Source: Acetatifactor sp.
GTDB lineage: Bacteria > Bacillota > Clostridia > Lachnospirales > Lachnospiraceae
Direction: 5' to 3'
Length of the DNA stretch: 64,000 bases
Assembly: GCA_045124375.1 (NCBI GenBank)
Contig: JBGVLR010000187.1
Coordinates: forward strand, 8,848-72,847
Shown here: piece after piece, positions 29,336 to 39,375 of the stretch
How positions within the stretch are numbered: the first letter of the stretch is position 1
Layout: each line of letters opens with the position of its first letter
Notes under the pieces: model-generated
Databases searched by the model: none
Told to the model about the DNA's origin: nothing
The model's input: only the letters and a program-made list of their open reading frames with translations
Made by a program: the position numbers and the translations under genes

Positions 29336-30024
29336 ATGGAAAATTATGTAACATTATCGTTGGAGACCCATCTGTTTTTTTGCAAGGATCATGAAAGAGC
29401 ATTCTTTTTTTTTGCAGGCGGGATTCCCATGTGCGGACACAGAGTGGATGGAAGATGCCAGTTGGTTCAGGGAGCAATTCGAGGACCTGCTTCGTGAAGT
29501 TGTGGAAATCAGCGATGGAAGAGTGGGAAGTCGGATCTTGGATTCAGGAGAAGTAGTAACGCAATATACCCTTCGGACGGAATAAGCTGTATCGTGCTAC
29601 CGTGAGAGAACTGTTGGAGAATCATGATTGTTCTTTAAACGATCTTAAGAAGACGGAAGAATTCTGGAATCGAATCATGATGGAGCATGCGCTCTTTATC
29701 AGAGGGCTGTTGGACCCTACCGAAGTGAAGCTGATTGAAACGGCGGATAAGTTTGCTGCAGAGTATCAGGAACTTTTGGAAAAGGCAAGACAGCAGGACT
29801 GCAGGGCTCTTGGCATGACGCAGGAAACTTTGGAAGAGACCTTGAGATACCGTGATTTCAAGGCTGCCGGAACGGAAGGCATCTTAAACTGCAAGATTGC
29901 GTCCATTATTCTGCCGTTACTTGCAGACCATGTGCTGCGGGAGGCCAATCATTATATCCGCCTGCTGCAGACAGAAGAGGAAGAACCGCGCAGAGAAAGG
30001 GAAGAGGCCTGCTGTAGGAAATAA
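29336..30024 (+). pseudogene. DUF2935 family gene, frameshifted and internally deleted
   Basis: SLETHLFF / ARIMKEH split by an extra T in T7 (29375-29381); second break near 29583; C-terminal FWNRIMMEHALFIRGLLDP and LADHVLREANHY intact. Confidence 0.85.
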
Positions 30025-30106
30025 CAGACAGCCAATCGGCATATATTATAATAAGAGCAGAGATACCGCAGTCATAGGCAAAGTGGCTGCGTGGAAAGCG
30101 AAATAG

Positions 30107-30832
30107 ATGAAGAAGATTATGATGGCTAAGCTTGGGGGAATCATGATGTTCTGCCTGCTTTTAGTGGCAGTATGGGGATATGGGCAGAAGCAGAAGCGTG
30201 AAATCCGTGAAAGCATGGGAACGGCAGACATGCAGCAGGAGAACATGGAACAGGAAGATGCAATGGGAGATGCCAGAACCAAAAAGATTTGTATTACCTT
30301 TGACGATGGCCCTCATCCTCGCTATACCGAGCAGCTTCTGGACGGGCTGAAAGAACGTGGTGTAAAAGCCACGTTTTTTGTTACAGGTGAACATGCTGCC
30401 CAATATCCGGACATCATCAAGCGCATGAGCGAGGAGGGGCATGTCATAGGAAATCATACTTACAGCCACATTCAGCTCAGAAGCTCCAATCAGGAGCAAT
30501 TCAAGGCAGAACTTGTCAAGACGAACGAAATCATTAAGGAAATCACAGGAAAAGAGGTTGTATATGTTCGGCCGCCTTACGGCAGCTGGGATAAGAAACT
30601 GGAAAAGGAACTGAATATGATCCCAGTGCTGTGGAGTATAGATCCCCTGGACTGGTGCAGCGATGATGCAGTGTGCGTGGCCGGCAAGGTCATTGACAAG
30701 GCCCAGGAGAATGATATCATTCTCCTGCATGACTACTATGAATCATCGGTGACGGCAGCCCTGGAGATTGTGGATGAACTGCTGGAGGATGGCTTTGTGT
30801 TTGTTACGGTGGAGGAGATATTATTCGATTAA
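30107..30832 (+). CDS. CE4 polysaccharide/peptidoglycan deacetylase
   Basis: TFDDGP, NHTYSH, RPPYG, DPLDW, LLHD. Confidence 0.95.
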   Translation: MKKIMMAKLGGIMMFCLLLVAVWGYGQKQKREIRESMGTADMQQENMEQEDAMGDARTKKICITFDDGPHPRYTEQLLDGLKERGVKATFFVTGEHAAQYPDIIKRMSEEGHVIGNHTYSHIQLRSSNQEQFKAELVKTNEIIKEITGKEVVYVRPPYGSWDKKLEKELNMIPVLWSIDPLDWCSDDAVCVAGKVIDKAQENDIILLHDYYESSVTAALEIVDELLEDGFVFVTVEEILFD

Positions 30833-30840
30833 GAATATCC

Positions 30841-31509
30841 TCATAACAAAGTCAGCGACAGGATAAGGGCTGAAATAATCGGTACAGTCACGGTATCAAG
30901 CCCCTTGCGTGTATATAGCTCTGTCAGGGCAGCAATAGGTGCGATCACTGCAGAAAAAAGTAATGCGGTATACCACGAAAGCCCTGATATGGTGAGCAGA
31001 ACAACAAGTGTGCAGAGGAAAGAGGTGATGGCCATACCAACGCTGCCTTCCACTGATTTTACTCCTTCGATCATTTTGCCCTGCAGCTTGTGTTTGCCGA
31101 AGCTTTTGCCCACAATGGCAGCAACCGCATCTCCCGGGCCCCATGCCATGATGGCAGCAATAATGATATATCTGTATTCGTCACCGAATCCGCCCCAGAA
31201 GACTATGATGAGTACCGTCATCAGCGAAAACAGAAGAATGAAGCTTGACAGTACTTCATGCGTCTTTTTTTCTACGAAAAGCTTTTGATAGAAAGAAAAT
31301 CCTTCCAGGGCGTGGAGAGCAATGATTACAATAATGAGAAAGAAAACCTCTACCGCTGCGGCAATCCACCAGATATCGGTACAAAAAACAAGAGGGAGAA
31401 TGGAGGTAAACGCTACAAAGTGCAGAAGCTTTCGGAAAATATAGTCCGGCACAGGCGTAGTAAAGCGCATTAAGACCAGTAAGGCTGCAAAAATCACAAT
31501 ATAGCCCAT
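30841..31509 (-). CDS. Cytidylyltransferase/polyprenol (phytol, dolichol) kinase family membrane protein, possibly 5' clipped
   Basis: RKLLH, WGPGDAVAAIVG, KSVEGS, GLDTVTVP. Confidence 0.8.
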   Translation of the reverse strand: MGYIVIFAALLVLMRFTTPVPDYIFRKLLHFVAFTSILPLVFCTDIWWIAAAVEVFFLIIVIIALHALEGFSFYQKLFVEKKTHEVLSSFILLFSLMTVLIIVFWGGFGDEYRYIIIAAIMAWGPGDAVAAIVGKSFGKHKLQGKMIEGVKSVEGSVGMAITSFLCTLVVLLTISGLSWYTALLFSAVIAPIAALTELYTRKGLDTVTVPIISALILSLTLL

Positions 31510-32096
31510 ATAAATCCCGAGCAGATAAAGGTGGAGGTACCAACAGCCGTCTTGCGGTCATAGCCCAACATGGCAGTAAAGACGATGAGCATCATCATCC
31601 CGCCGCCGGAACCGAAGAAGCCGGTTCCGAAACCGATGGTCAGGCCAAAGAATAGGGAAACCACGATTTCTTTGGCACTTAACTTTACCGCTCCATCTTT
31701 TTCGGGACGTTCCTTGGAATCCGGTTTTACGAGGAAACGAATACCGATCGCAACGCATAGAAAAAGGGAAAATCCACCCAACACCGTCTGATGTGTAAAG
31801 TAAGCTGCAACAGAACCTATGGTACACATGGTAACAATGCAGGTCAGCATCAGCCAACCGTGTTTCAGATCTATTTTCTTATTCTTAGCATATACACCTG
31901 CGGTTACGGCAGAGCCGAGTATGTCGCTTGCAAGCGCGATGGCTGTAGCCATATATGCGCCATGCTCACCGCCGAAAGTGGGACAAAGCACAATGAGCAG
32001 CGGCACCATTGCCGTTGCTGCACTGAGTCCTACAAGCCCTGTTCCGATTCCGGCTAAGGCTGCCGCCAAAAATACGATCAGATATTCATATCCCAT
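31494..32096 (-). pseudogene. TauE/SafE (TSUP) family transporter, C-terminally truncated
   Basis: Repeated Gly-rich motifs GIGTGLVGLS and GFGTGFFGSGGG; stops soon after AVGTSTFI and lacks the last helices. Confidence 0.7.
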
Positions 32097-32358
32097 ATTC
32101 ATTCTCCCTTGCATTTCATTTTGATTATGACTGTATTATAGGAGGGGGATGTTTATAAGATTTTTGTAAAATGTTTGAGAAATGTTAAAAAGGAGGAGAA
32201 TGCACTTAATGATTGACATTAACATAAGCCAAATGTTATAATTACTAAGATGCAGAGACGAGGAGACGTATCAAGACAAAAGGGCAACTTTTTGTTTTGA
32301 TGCGTTTTTGTCTTTTAAGCGGAACTTGAATATTTTATTTATCACAAGGAGGATTCTT

Positions 32359-33078
32359 ATGAATACCATTTCAGTTGATAAGAAGGGTGTGCGGATGATC
32401 GCACACAGAGGAGTAAGCGGTCTGGAGATGGAGAATACTCTGGCTGCATTTGTAGCTGCCGGAAGCCGCAGCCATTTTGGAATCGAGACCGATGTCCATG
32501 TAACAAGTGACGGAAAATATGCGATCATTCACGATGATAACACAAGTCGTGTATCTGCTGAGAATAAAGTAGTGGAAGAGACCACTCTGGAAGAACTGCA
32601 GCGCATCCGCCTGTATGACAAGCAGGAAGGAAAGTACAGAACAGACCTTTACATTCCTATACTGGCAGAGTACATAGGAATTTGTAAGAAATATGAAAAG
32701 AAGGCAGTTCTTGAGCTGAAGAACAGAATGAAGCCGGAAGATATCGCCGGAATCGTGGAAGTAATCAAAGAACTGGATTATCTGGATGAAGTGATCTTCA
32801 TTTCTTTCTCCTGGGATAATCTGATCGATTTAAGAGCACTGGTTCCGGAACAGAAGGCACAGTTCCTCATTTCTAAGAATGAAGACTGGCTGGTAGAGAA
32901 GCTGGTAGAAGCAAAACTGGATCTGGACATCAATCATAAGGCGTTGACTCCCGAATTGATTCAGGCACTTCACGAGAACGGCCGCGAAGTTAACTGTTGG
33001 ACAGTGGATACTGCTGAAGATGCTGAGAAGTATATTGCATGGGGCGTTGATTATATTACATCCAATATTTTGGAATAA
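32359..33078 (+). CDS. Glycerophosphodiester phosphodiesterase
   Basis: IAHRG, ENTLAAF, IETDV, IHD, ELK, WTVD. Confidence 0.95.
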   Translation: MNTISVDKKGVRMIAHRGVSGLEMENTLAAFVAAGSRSHFGIETDVHVTSDGKYAIIHDDNTSRVSAENKVVEETTLEELQRIRLYDKQEGKYRTDLYIPILAEYIGICKKYEKKAVLELKNRMKPEDIAGIVEVIKELDYLDEVIFISFSWDNLIDLRALVPEQKAQFLISKNEDWLVEKLVEAKLDLDINHKALTPELIQALHENGREVNCWTVDTAEDAEKYIAWGVDYITSNILE

Positions 33079-33090
33079 ATATTCAACGAG

Positions 33091-33130
33091 AAAAGGATTG
33101 AAGACTCTTAGGGAATCTTCAATCCTTTTT
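33091..33130. terminator. Bidirectional terminator
   Basis: AAAAGGATTGAAGA...TCTTCAATCCTTTTT. Confidence 0.85.
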
Positions 33131-33865
33131 CAAACTATTCAGAATCGTCTGAGGAACTTTTGTTTCGCAGACGATCCCATCTACTTCCGAAATATGACAC
33201 AGATTATGCAGGCTTACTTTGCCGATTTTGCTGCTGTCACAGAGGAAAATCTTCTTTTTGGCATGGCGCATCATGGTCTTTCGCAGCAGATTTTCTTCTA
33301 TGGAATTGTCGGAAAGAAGTCCATCCTCTGATAAACTGCGGCAGGAGAAGAACAGTACATCTGCATTATAGCGGGCAACCATACTTTGGGCATCGCCACC
33401 TACGTAGGAGAAAGACTTGGGGATCATGAGTCCGCCGGTGCAGAAATTACGGATTCCCATCTGGCCTAAAGCCAGGGAGGTCTTGGCACTGCTGGTAATG
33501 ACGATGATATTATGAAAAGCAGCCAGATAAGGAACGATATGATAGGCGCTTGTAGTGGCATCCAGCATAATGATATCCCCGTCTTTGATAAAAGAAACGG
33601 CCTTTTGAGCAATGACAGTTTTGGCATTATTCTGTTCCTGTTCCCGCAGGGAAAACGGAATCTTGGTATCTGCCGGATTCTTGATCAGGGAAGCGCCTCC
33701 GTGGGTCCTGGTGATGAGTCCCTTTTGTTCCAGCTTCATTAGATCGCGTCTTAGAGTGGGTTTGCTGATATAGAGCTTATCGGCAAGCTCATTTACTGTC
33801 ATGATATCTTTCTGTAATAAAATATTGATGATCTTATCCTCTCTCTCGTAAAATGGCATCGGCAT
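33119..33865 (-). CDS. DeoR/GlpR family regulator
   Basis: SKPTLRRDL...RTHGGA HTH; LDATTS; LCDSSK. Confidence 0.95.
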   Translation of the reverse strand: MPMPFYEREDKIINILLQKDIMTVNELADKLYISKPTLRRDLMKLEQKGLITRTHGGASLIKNPADTKIPFSLREQEQNNAKTVIAQKAVSFIKDGDIIMLDATTSAYHIVPYLAAFHNIIVITSSAKTSLALGQMGIRNFCTGGLMIPKSFSYVGGDAQSMVARYNADVLFFSCRSLSEDGLLSDNSIEENLLRKTMMRHAKKKIFLCDSSKIGKVSLHNLCHISEVDGIVCETKVPQTILNSLKKD

Positions 33866-34032
33866 ACCTCCACAATCAGAAAATGAACATTATAATCTGT
33901 AAAACAATCAATAAATGAGCAATTAGTCGATTTTAATCATGGAAATTGACAAATGTTGATTGGATTACTATAGTTGTATCATAAGCAGACAAAGGTTGCA
34001 AGAAGAAAAAATTGTTTTGGAGGATAGAAAAT

Positions 34033-35310
34033 ATGGCAAAGACAATCAGACCGGAAGATGCAGAGAAAATCTATGCAGGAAAAGGTGCATTGAACAAGCT
34101 TCCGCTGTTGGTGAAGGCATTTGGGGTAAAGAAGGTTTTCGTGCTGGCAGATGTAAATACTTATCGGGCAGCAGGAGAGAAGGTGTGTAAGCTGTTGGAG
34201 GAAAATGATATCCGTTATACCAGTTACATTGTACCGGATAAAGTCCCGGAACCTGACGAACATACAGTGGGTTCTGTTATCATGCACTTTGATGTGACAT
34301 GTGATCTGGTAGTAGGTGTTGGCTCAGGTGTTATCAATGATGTGGGTAAGATACTCAGTAATGTGGCCCATGTACCTTATTTTATCGTAGGAACGGCACC
34401 TTCCATGGACGGTTATGCTTCAGCGTCTTCTTCCATGTCCAGAGACGGTCTGAAGATATCTCTGCCCAGTAAACGTGCAGATATCATTATCGGAGATACG
34501 GATATTTTAAAAGAGGCTCCTGACCGTATGTTGCAGGCGGGACTGGGTGATATGCTTGCAAAATATGTCAGCATCTGTGAATGGAGGATTGCCCATATCA
34601 TTACCGGAGAGTATTATTCAGAGGACATTGCGGAACTGGTGAGAGAGGCGCTGAAGCGATGCGTGGAAAATGCAGAGGGACTGTTAAAGAGGGATGAGCA
34701 GGCCATCGAGGCAGTATTCATGGGCCTGGTTACCAGTGGCCTGGCCATGGCATACGCAGGGGTATCCAGACCGGCTTCCGGTGTGGAGCATTATTTCTCC
34801 CATGTATGGGATATGAGAGGGCTGGAGTTTGGTACAAGTGTGGATCTGCACGGCATTCAGTGCGGTGTGGGTACATTGCTGGCATCAAGATTGTATGAGC
34901 AGATGAAACAGATAAAGCCTGATAAAGAAAAGGCACTTACTTATGCGGCTGACTTTGACTATGCAAAATGGAGTCAGGAACTGAGAACTTTCCTGGGCAA
35001 GGGTGCAGAAGCTATGATTGCTCTGGAGGAAAAAGAGCAGAAATACAATGTGGAATGCCATCAGAAGAGACTGGAGATCATTTTGGAGCACTGGGATGAG
35101 ATATTAAAGATAATGGACGAAGAACTGCCCTCCGGTGCAGAAATTGAAAAGCTGCTGGATACGATTGGTGCACCTAAGGCCGTTACCGAGATGGGAATTG
35201 AAGAAGAGTTGCTTCCTACTACATTTAAAGCTACAAAGGATATTCGTGACAAATATGTTCTTTCCAGACTGGCATGGGACCTCGGTGTCATTGATGAACT
35301 GGTATTTTAA
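34033..35310 (+). CDS. sn-glycerol-1-phosphate dehydrogenase (AraM/EgsA-like)
   Basis: GVGSGVINDVGK, TAPSMDGY, GLGDMLAKY, SRPASGVEH, LHGIQ. Confidence 0.88.
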   Translation: MAKTIRPEDAEKIYAGKGALNKLPLLVKAFGVKKVFVLADVNTYRAAGEKVCKLLEENDIRYTSYIVPDKVPEPDEHTVGSVIMHFDVTCDLVVGVGSGVINDVGKILSNVAHVPYFIVGTAPSMDGYASASSSMSRDGLKISLPSKRADIIIGDTDILKEAPDRMLQAGLGDMLAKYVSICEWRIAHIITGEYYSEDIAELVREALKRCVENAEGLLKRDEQAIEAVFMGLVTSGLAMAYAGVSRPASGVEHYFSHVWDMRGLEFGTSVDLHGIQCGVGTLLASRLYEQMKQIKPDKEKALTYAADFDYAKWSQELRTFLGKGAEAMIALEEKEQKYNVECHQKRLEIILEHWDEILKIMDEELPSGAEIEKLLDTIGAPKAVTEMGIEEELLPTTFKATKDIRDKYVLSRLAWDLGVIDELVF

Positions 35311-35387
35311 CTATAATAAACAAGTCCTCCGTTTTAAATGAGCGAAGGACTGAGTGATGGGTAGGCTGGTCATGCTTAAAGATATGG

Positions 35388-36206
35388 TCAGCCTACAGAA
35401 CTATTCTTTCGATAGGCCGAGGGTGTTTGGCCTGTTTTTTGTTTGAACAGATAAGAAAAATAATGTTCATCGCAGAAACCAAGCCGGAAGGCAATTTCCT
35501 TTATCATGAGCCGTGTGCTGCGAAGAAGCATTTTAGCCTGTCCGATCTTTAGCTCCAGGATATATTCGTAAGGTGTTTTCCCCAGGTCCTGCTTGAAGAT
35601 ACGGATAATCTGTGATTCGCTGAGATATACCAGAGGACTTAAGTCCTTCAGGGATATATCTTCTGTGATATGATTGGCAATATATTCTTTCAGAATCTTG
35701 GTCTCCTCAGAATATTCATCTTTTCTGGCATAAAAATTCTCATGCAGATACTGAAGCAGCTGATGAAAGACGATTGCTGACTTATCGTGTTTTTCTTTTA
35801 CACAGGAGGAGCTGTCTTTTCCGATATCATGAATTTTAGTAAGAAACTCCTTTCCGCCTGCTTGTGAAAACACTGCAATATTCCTGGGATTATAAATATT
35901 TAAAAGCTCATCGATCAAGGGACCTCTGGCATTGAACCATATTTTTACCCAGGGATTTTTCGCATCTGAATAATAAAGCTGGTTATGACCTGCAGGAAGC
36001 AGATAGATATCTCCTTCTCTGGCAGTATATTTCTTGCCATCCAGGCTGACAGTACCTTCTCCGGAAAGAATATATTCAGTTACCATACACTTGGAATTAG
36101 AGCGGTGTATCTTATAGCTTCCGTCACAATAAGAGATGCCGGCCAGTTCAATGATAAAAGGAAGCTTTTCTCCAGGTGTCGGATACGTTATAAATTCTTC
36201 TCTCAT
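35388..36206 (-). CDS. AraC family regulator
   Basis: Cupin N-domain; EIAFRLGFCDEHYFSYLFKQKTGQTPSAYR. Confidence 0.95.
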   Translation of the reverse strand: MREEFITYPTPGEKLPFIIELAGISYCDGSYKIHRSNSKCMVTEYILSGEGTVSLDGKKYTAREGDIYLLPAGHNQLYYSDAKNPWVKIWFNARGPLIDELLNIYNPRNIAVFSQAGGKEFLTKIHDIGKDSSSCVKEKHDKSAIVFHQLLQYLHENFYARKDEYSEETKILKEYIANHITEDISLKDLSPLVYLSESQIIRIFKQDLGKTPYEYILELKIGQAKMLLRSTRLMIKEIAFRLGFCDEHYFSYLFKQKTGQTPSAYRKNSSVG

Positions 36207-36362
36207 GCGTATATTCCTAACCTTTTCAACTGATTTTTACTGATTACTTCTGATTATATCATATATAGTTAAAATAGGAAATACCGCTGGAACTAGTTCT
36301 TGCGTTATCAGGCAGGAGACGTTACAATAAGAAAAAGGATATATGAAAGGAGACGCAAAGGG

Positions 36363-37343
36363 ATGAGGATAGGGACAATCGGTTCCGGAGAAATTGTATG
36401 TAAATTTCTGGATGGCGTCAGTAAAACAGACGGTGTCAGCTGTGAAGCAGTTTATTCCAGAAGTCAGGAGAAAGGGGAGGCACTTGCTGCACTCTTTGGA
36501 GTGCCCAAGGTCTACACGCAGCTGGAAGAACTCATGAGTGATGAGCAGATAGATTGCATCTACGTGGCATCGCCCAACAGTCTTCATTATGAGCAGACGA
36601 AAATGGCTCTGGAGCATGGAAAACATGTGATTTGCGAGAAGCCTTTCACTACCACACTGGAGAAGGCGAAAGAACTGGTGACTCTTGCCAAAAGTAAGGG
36701 ACTGTTCCTGTTTGATGCAGTACCGCCTTCTTTCCTGCCTAATTTTCAGGTGGTGAAGCAGGCATTGGCTGAGATTGGGCCTCTTAAGCTGGTCATGAGT
36801 AATTACAGTCAGTATTCCAGCCGTTATGATGCTTTGCTGGCCGGACAGGTGACTAATGTATTCAGCAAAGATTTTGCAGGAGGCTGTCTTCAGGATATCG
36901 GCTTTTACAATCTCTATTTTAATATAGCTATGTTCGGTAAGCCACAGACTACTGCATATTATCCCAACAGATATCCCGGGCAGGTGGATACTTCCGGTGT
37001 GCTTGTGCTACAGTATGATGGTTTTGTCAGCAGCAACGTGGGAGCGAAGGATACCTGGGGCGTTAATTTCGTACAGATAGAAGGGGAAAAAGGGTATATC
37101 TATGTAAAAGACGGAAGCAACGGGCTGACAGAGGTCAGGGTGGTGACTCGCGAAGGAGAGGAGACTGTTAATCATCATTCTGATGCCACAAGGATGCATT
37201 ATGAGGCGCAGGGAATTGCAAAGATCGTCAGGGAAAAAGATTATGAAGAATGTTACCGCCGTCTGGATGTGATGCTTGATGTAATTGAGACACTGGAGAA
37301 GACCAGAAAGGCAGCAGGAATCTTTTTTACAGGAGAAGAATAA
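36363..37343 (+). CDS. Gfo/Idh/MocA oxidoreductase
   Basis: GTIGSGEI, YVASPNSLH, CEKP, GGCLQDIG. Confidence 0.93.
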   Translation: MRIGTIGSGEIVCKFLDGVSKTDGVSCEAVYSRSQEKGEALAALFGVPKVYTQLEELMSDEQIDCIYVASPNSLHYEQTKMALEHGKHVICEKPFTTTLEKAKELVTLAKSKGLFLFDAVPPSFLPNFQVVKQALAEIGPLKLVMSNYSQYSSRYDALLAGQVTNVFSKDFAGGCLQDIGFYNLYFNIAMFGKPQTTAYYPNRYPGQVDTSGVLVLQYDGFVSSNVGAKDTWGVNFVQIEGEKGYIYVKDGSNGLTEVRVVTREGEETVNHHSDATRMHYEAQGIAKIVREKDYEECYRRLDVMLDVIETLEKTRKAAGIFFTGEE

Positions 37344-37375
37344 GGAAATAGCAAAACAGAAAGGACAGGTGATGG

Positions 37376-38215
37376 TTACCTGTCCTTATATCTTCTGCGG
37401 TATTCCGTAGGAGTCACCCCATATTTTGCGGAAAATACTTTATAAAACCAGGATAGATTCTCGAACCCGCACTCATAGCAGATGTCGGTTACATTCAGAT
37501 TGCTGACAAGCAACAGATTAGCCGCATGTGCAAGCCTCAGTTCAGACACGTAGACGGTGGGAGTGGTATGATAGTATTGCTTCATACATCGTGTGAGATG
37601 TTCCCGGCTTTTCCCGGAAAGCAGGTACATCTGTTTGGCACCGGCGGTAAAGTTCTGAGGCTGCTTCATTTTTTCATAAGTGATGGCAAGCCAGGAGGGA
37701 ATCTCACGATTCTGTTCCTTATAATTATGGAAGAATCTTGTAAAAACATGAACAAGCAGCGTGCGGGCTTTTAACTTGACCACATCCTGATCTGCGTCCT
37801 GATAAAGCTCGATCAAAGAATAAGCCAGATGTTCCTTTTCATCGGGAGGCAGGCTTACCACAGGCGGATATTCTGCCGTCATGAGTGTCTTAAAAGGATA
37901 GCCTTTTCCCAGAAAATCAATCATAGCATACAATGTTTCTTTGGAAAAGGCAAAGTTGATGAATTCAAAATATTCTCCGTTCCTGCTTACGTATTCGTGG
38001 GCATCAAAATCACGAATAAACAAAAGCTGTCCCTCTGAGAGCAGCTGCTCTTTGCCGTTGACCACATGGCACACGTCCCCCTTGACGACCAGAAATAATT
38101 CATAATAGTTGTGGTAGTGGAGCTGGAAAAATTCCGTATCACTTCGCACATAATGACATAAGCACCCGGACTGGGCCTCCACATATTCTTTGGCATCATA
38201 AAGTTCCGGTTTCAT
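37376..38215 (-). CDS. AraC family regulator (ChbR-like)
   Basis: LHYHNYYE cupin, KSREHLTR, CGFENLSWFYKVF. Confidence 0.92.
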   Translation of the reverse strand: MKPELYDAKEYVEAQSGCLCHYVRSDTEFFQLHYHNYYELFLVVKGDVCHVVNGKEQLLSEGQLLFIRDFDAHEYVSRNGEYFEFINFAFSKETLYAMIDFLGKGYPFKTLMTAEYPPVVSLPPDEKEHLAYSLIELYQDADQDVVKLKARTLLVHVFTRFFHNYKEQNREIPSWLAITYEKMKQPQNFTAGAKQMYLLSGKSREHLTRCMKQYYHTTPTVYVSELRLAHAANLLLVSNLNVTDICYECGFENLSWFYKVFSAKYGVTPTEYRRRYKDR

Positions 38216-38413
38216 GATTCGTCCTCCCTTGCGGCGGCAGCTGGTTACCATTCATGCTATCTGCCCTGATGTCACAATAACACACTAAAAATATCATGTC
38301 AAGAGTAGTCTGTGTAAAGTCCAGGCTCTATAATAACATCAAAAGTGTAAGATACTCTGAGGGGAGTCTTACAGAATCCAACGATTCATGTTCACAGAAA
38401 GGAAGGAAAATGT

Positions 38414-39100
38414 ATGAAACGTTCAGAAATCAACAAAGCATTAAAAGAACTGGAAGCCATGTGTGAAAAATATCATTGTTACCTGCCTCCGTTCTGTCAT
38501 TTTACACCGCAGCAGTGGCAGAATATAGGTCATGAGTATGATGAAGTACGTGATTGTATGCTGGGTTGGGATATCACAGATTATGGTATGGGAGACTTTG
38601 ACAAGTTCGGTTTCTCGCTGATCACCATTCGTAACGGTAACCGTGCCATGGCAGATAAGTATCCCAAGGTGTATGCCGAGAAGCTGCTGTATCTGAAAGA
38701 AGGACAGTATGCTCCTAATCATTTCCACTGGTATAAGACAGAAGATATCATCAACCGCGGCGGCGGAAATGTACTGATTAAGGTGTACAATTCTCTGCCG
38801 GATGAGGAAATCGATTATGAATCTCCCGTAACCGTACATACTGATGGACGTACTTACACGGTGCCGGCCGGAACCCAGATTCGTCTGACTCCCGGAGAAA
38901 GTATCCATGTACAGCAGTTTTTGTATCATGACTTCTCTGTAGAAGAGGGAACAGGCCCTGTACTGCTTGGCGAAGTAAGCCAGTGTAACGATGACAATAC
39001 AGACAACAGATTCAATCCGCCTGTAGGAAGATTCCCGAAGATTGAAGAGGACGAGGCTCCTTATCGTCTGTTGTGCAACGAGTATCCGGCTGCAAAGTAA
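38414..39100 (+). CDS. D-lyxose/D-mannose family sugar isomerase
   Basis: MKRSEIN, GWDITDYG, YAEK, HFHWYKTEDIINRGGG, GEVSQCNDDNTDN. Confidence 0.9.
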   Translation: MKRSEINKALKELEAMCEKYHCYLPPFCHFTPQQWQNIGHEYDEVRDCMLGWDITDYGMGDFDKFGFSLITIRNGNRAMADKYPKVYAEKLLYLKEGQYAPNHFHWYKTEDIINRGGGNVLIKVYNSLPDEEIDYESPVTVHTDGRTYTVPAGTQIRLTPGESIHVQQFLYHDFSVEEGTGPVLLGEVSQCNDDNTDNRFNPPVGRFPKIEEDEAPYRLLCNEYPAAK

Positions 39101-39137
39101 GATACCCGGTTAAATAAGAAAAGAATATGAGATTTAT

Positions 39138-39173
39138 AAAACAGCAGTGTTCCGAAGAGGGCGCTGCTGTTTT
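39138..39173 (+). terminator. Terminator after the isomerase
   Basis: AAAACAGCAGTGTTC...GGGCGCTGCTGTTTT. Confidence 0.8.
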
Positions 39174-39178
39174 GTTAC

Positions 39179-39214
39179 TTGTGCGCCTACGTCCAGGGTT
39201 GTCTGAACTGTTAC
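39179..39214. mobile_element. 36-bp end fragment of the MITE-like element, subfamily A
   Basis: TTGTGCGCCTACGTCCAGGGTTGTCTGAACTGTTAC is the exact reverse complement of 18631-18666. Confidence 0.85.
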
Positions 39215-39255
39215 TAAGGTGATGGCTGAATAGTAAGATAATGCAGACAACTATC

Positions 39256-39340
39256 TTGACAAAAGAAAGTATGAGTGTATAATAATGGATGTTAGTTAGC
39301 GTGCTGACAATTAGCGATTTGACAATCTGCTTACTGACAA
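39256..39340 (+). promoter_or_regulatory. SigA promoter and three 15-bp operator-like repeats upstream of marR
   Basis: TTGACA-16-TATAAT; TTAGCGTGCTGACAA, TTAGCGATTTGACAA, TCTGCTTACTGACAA at 39296, 39311, 39326. Confidence 0.7.
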
Positions 39341-39375
39341 AGTGCGGAAAGTGCAATTGCTGCAAAGGAGGAACC

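Noticed and set aside
29375-29381. Phase-variable poly-T switch
   Set aside because: The tract is only 7 nt and a second downstream lesion would keep the gene broken.
34033-35310. Archaeal-type ether lipid pathway
   Set aside because: No GGGP synthase/PcrB or DGGGP synthase in the window; AraM-like enzymes are widespread in Firmicutes.
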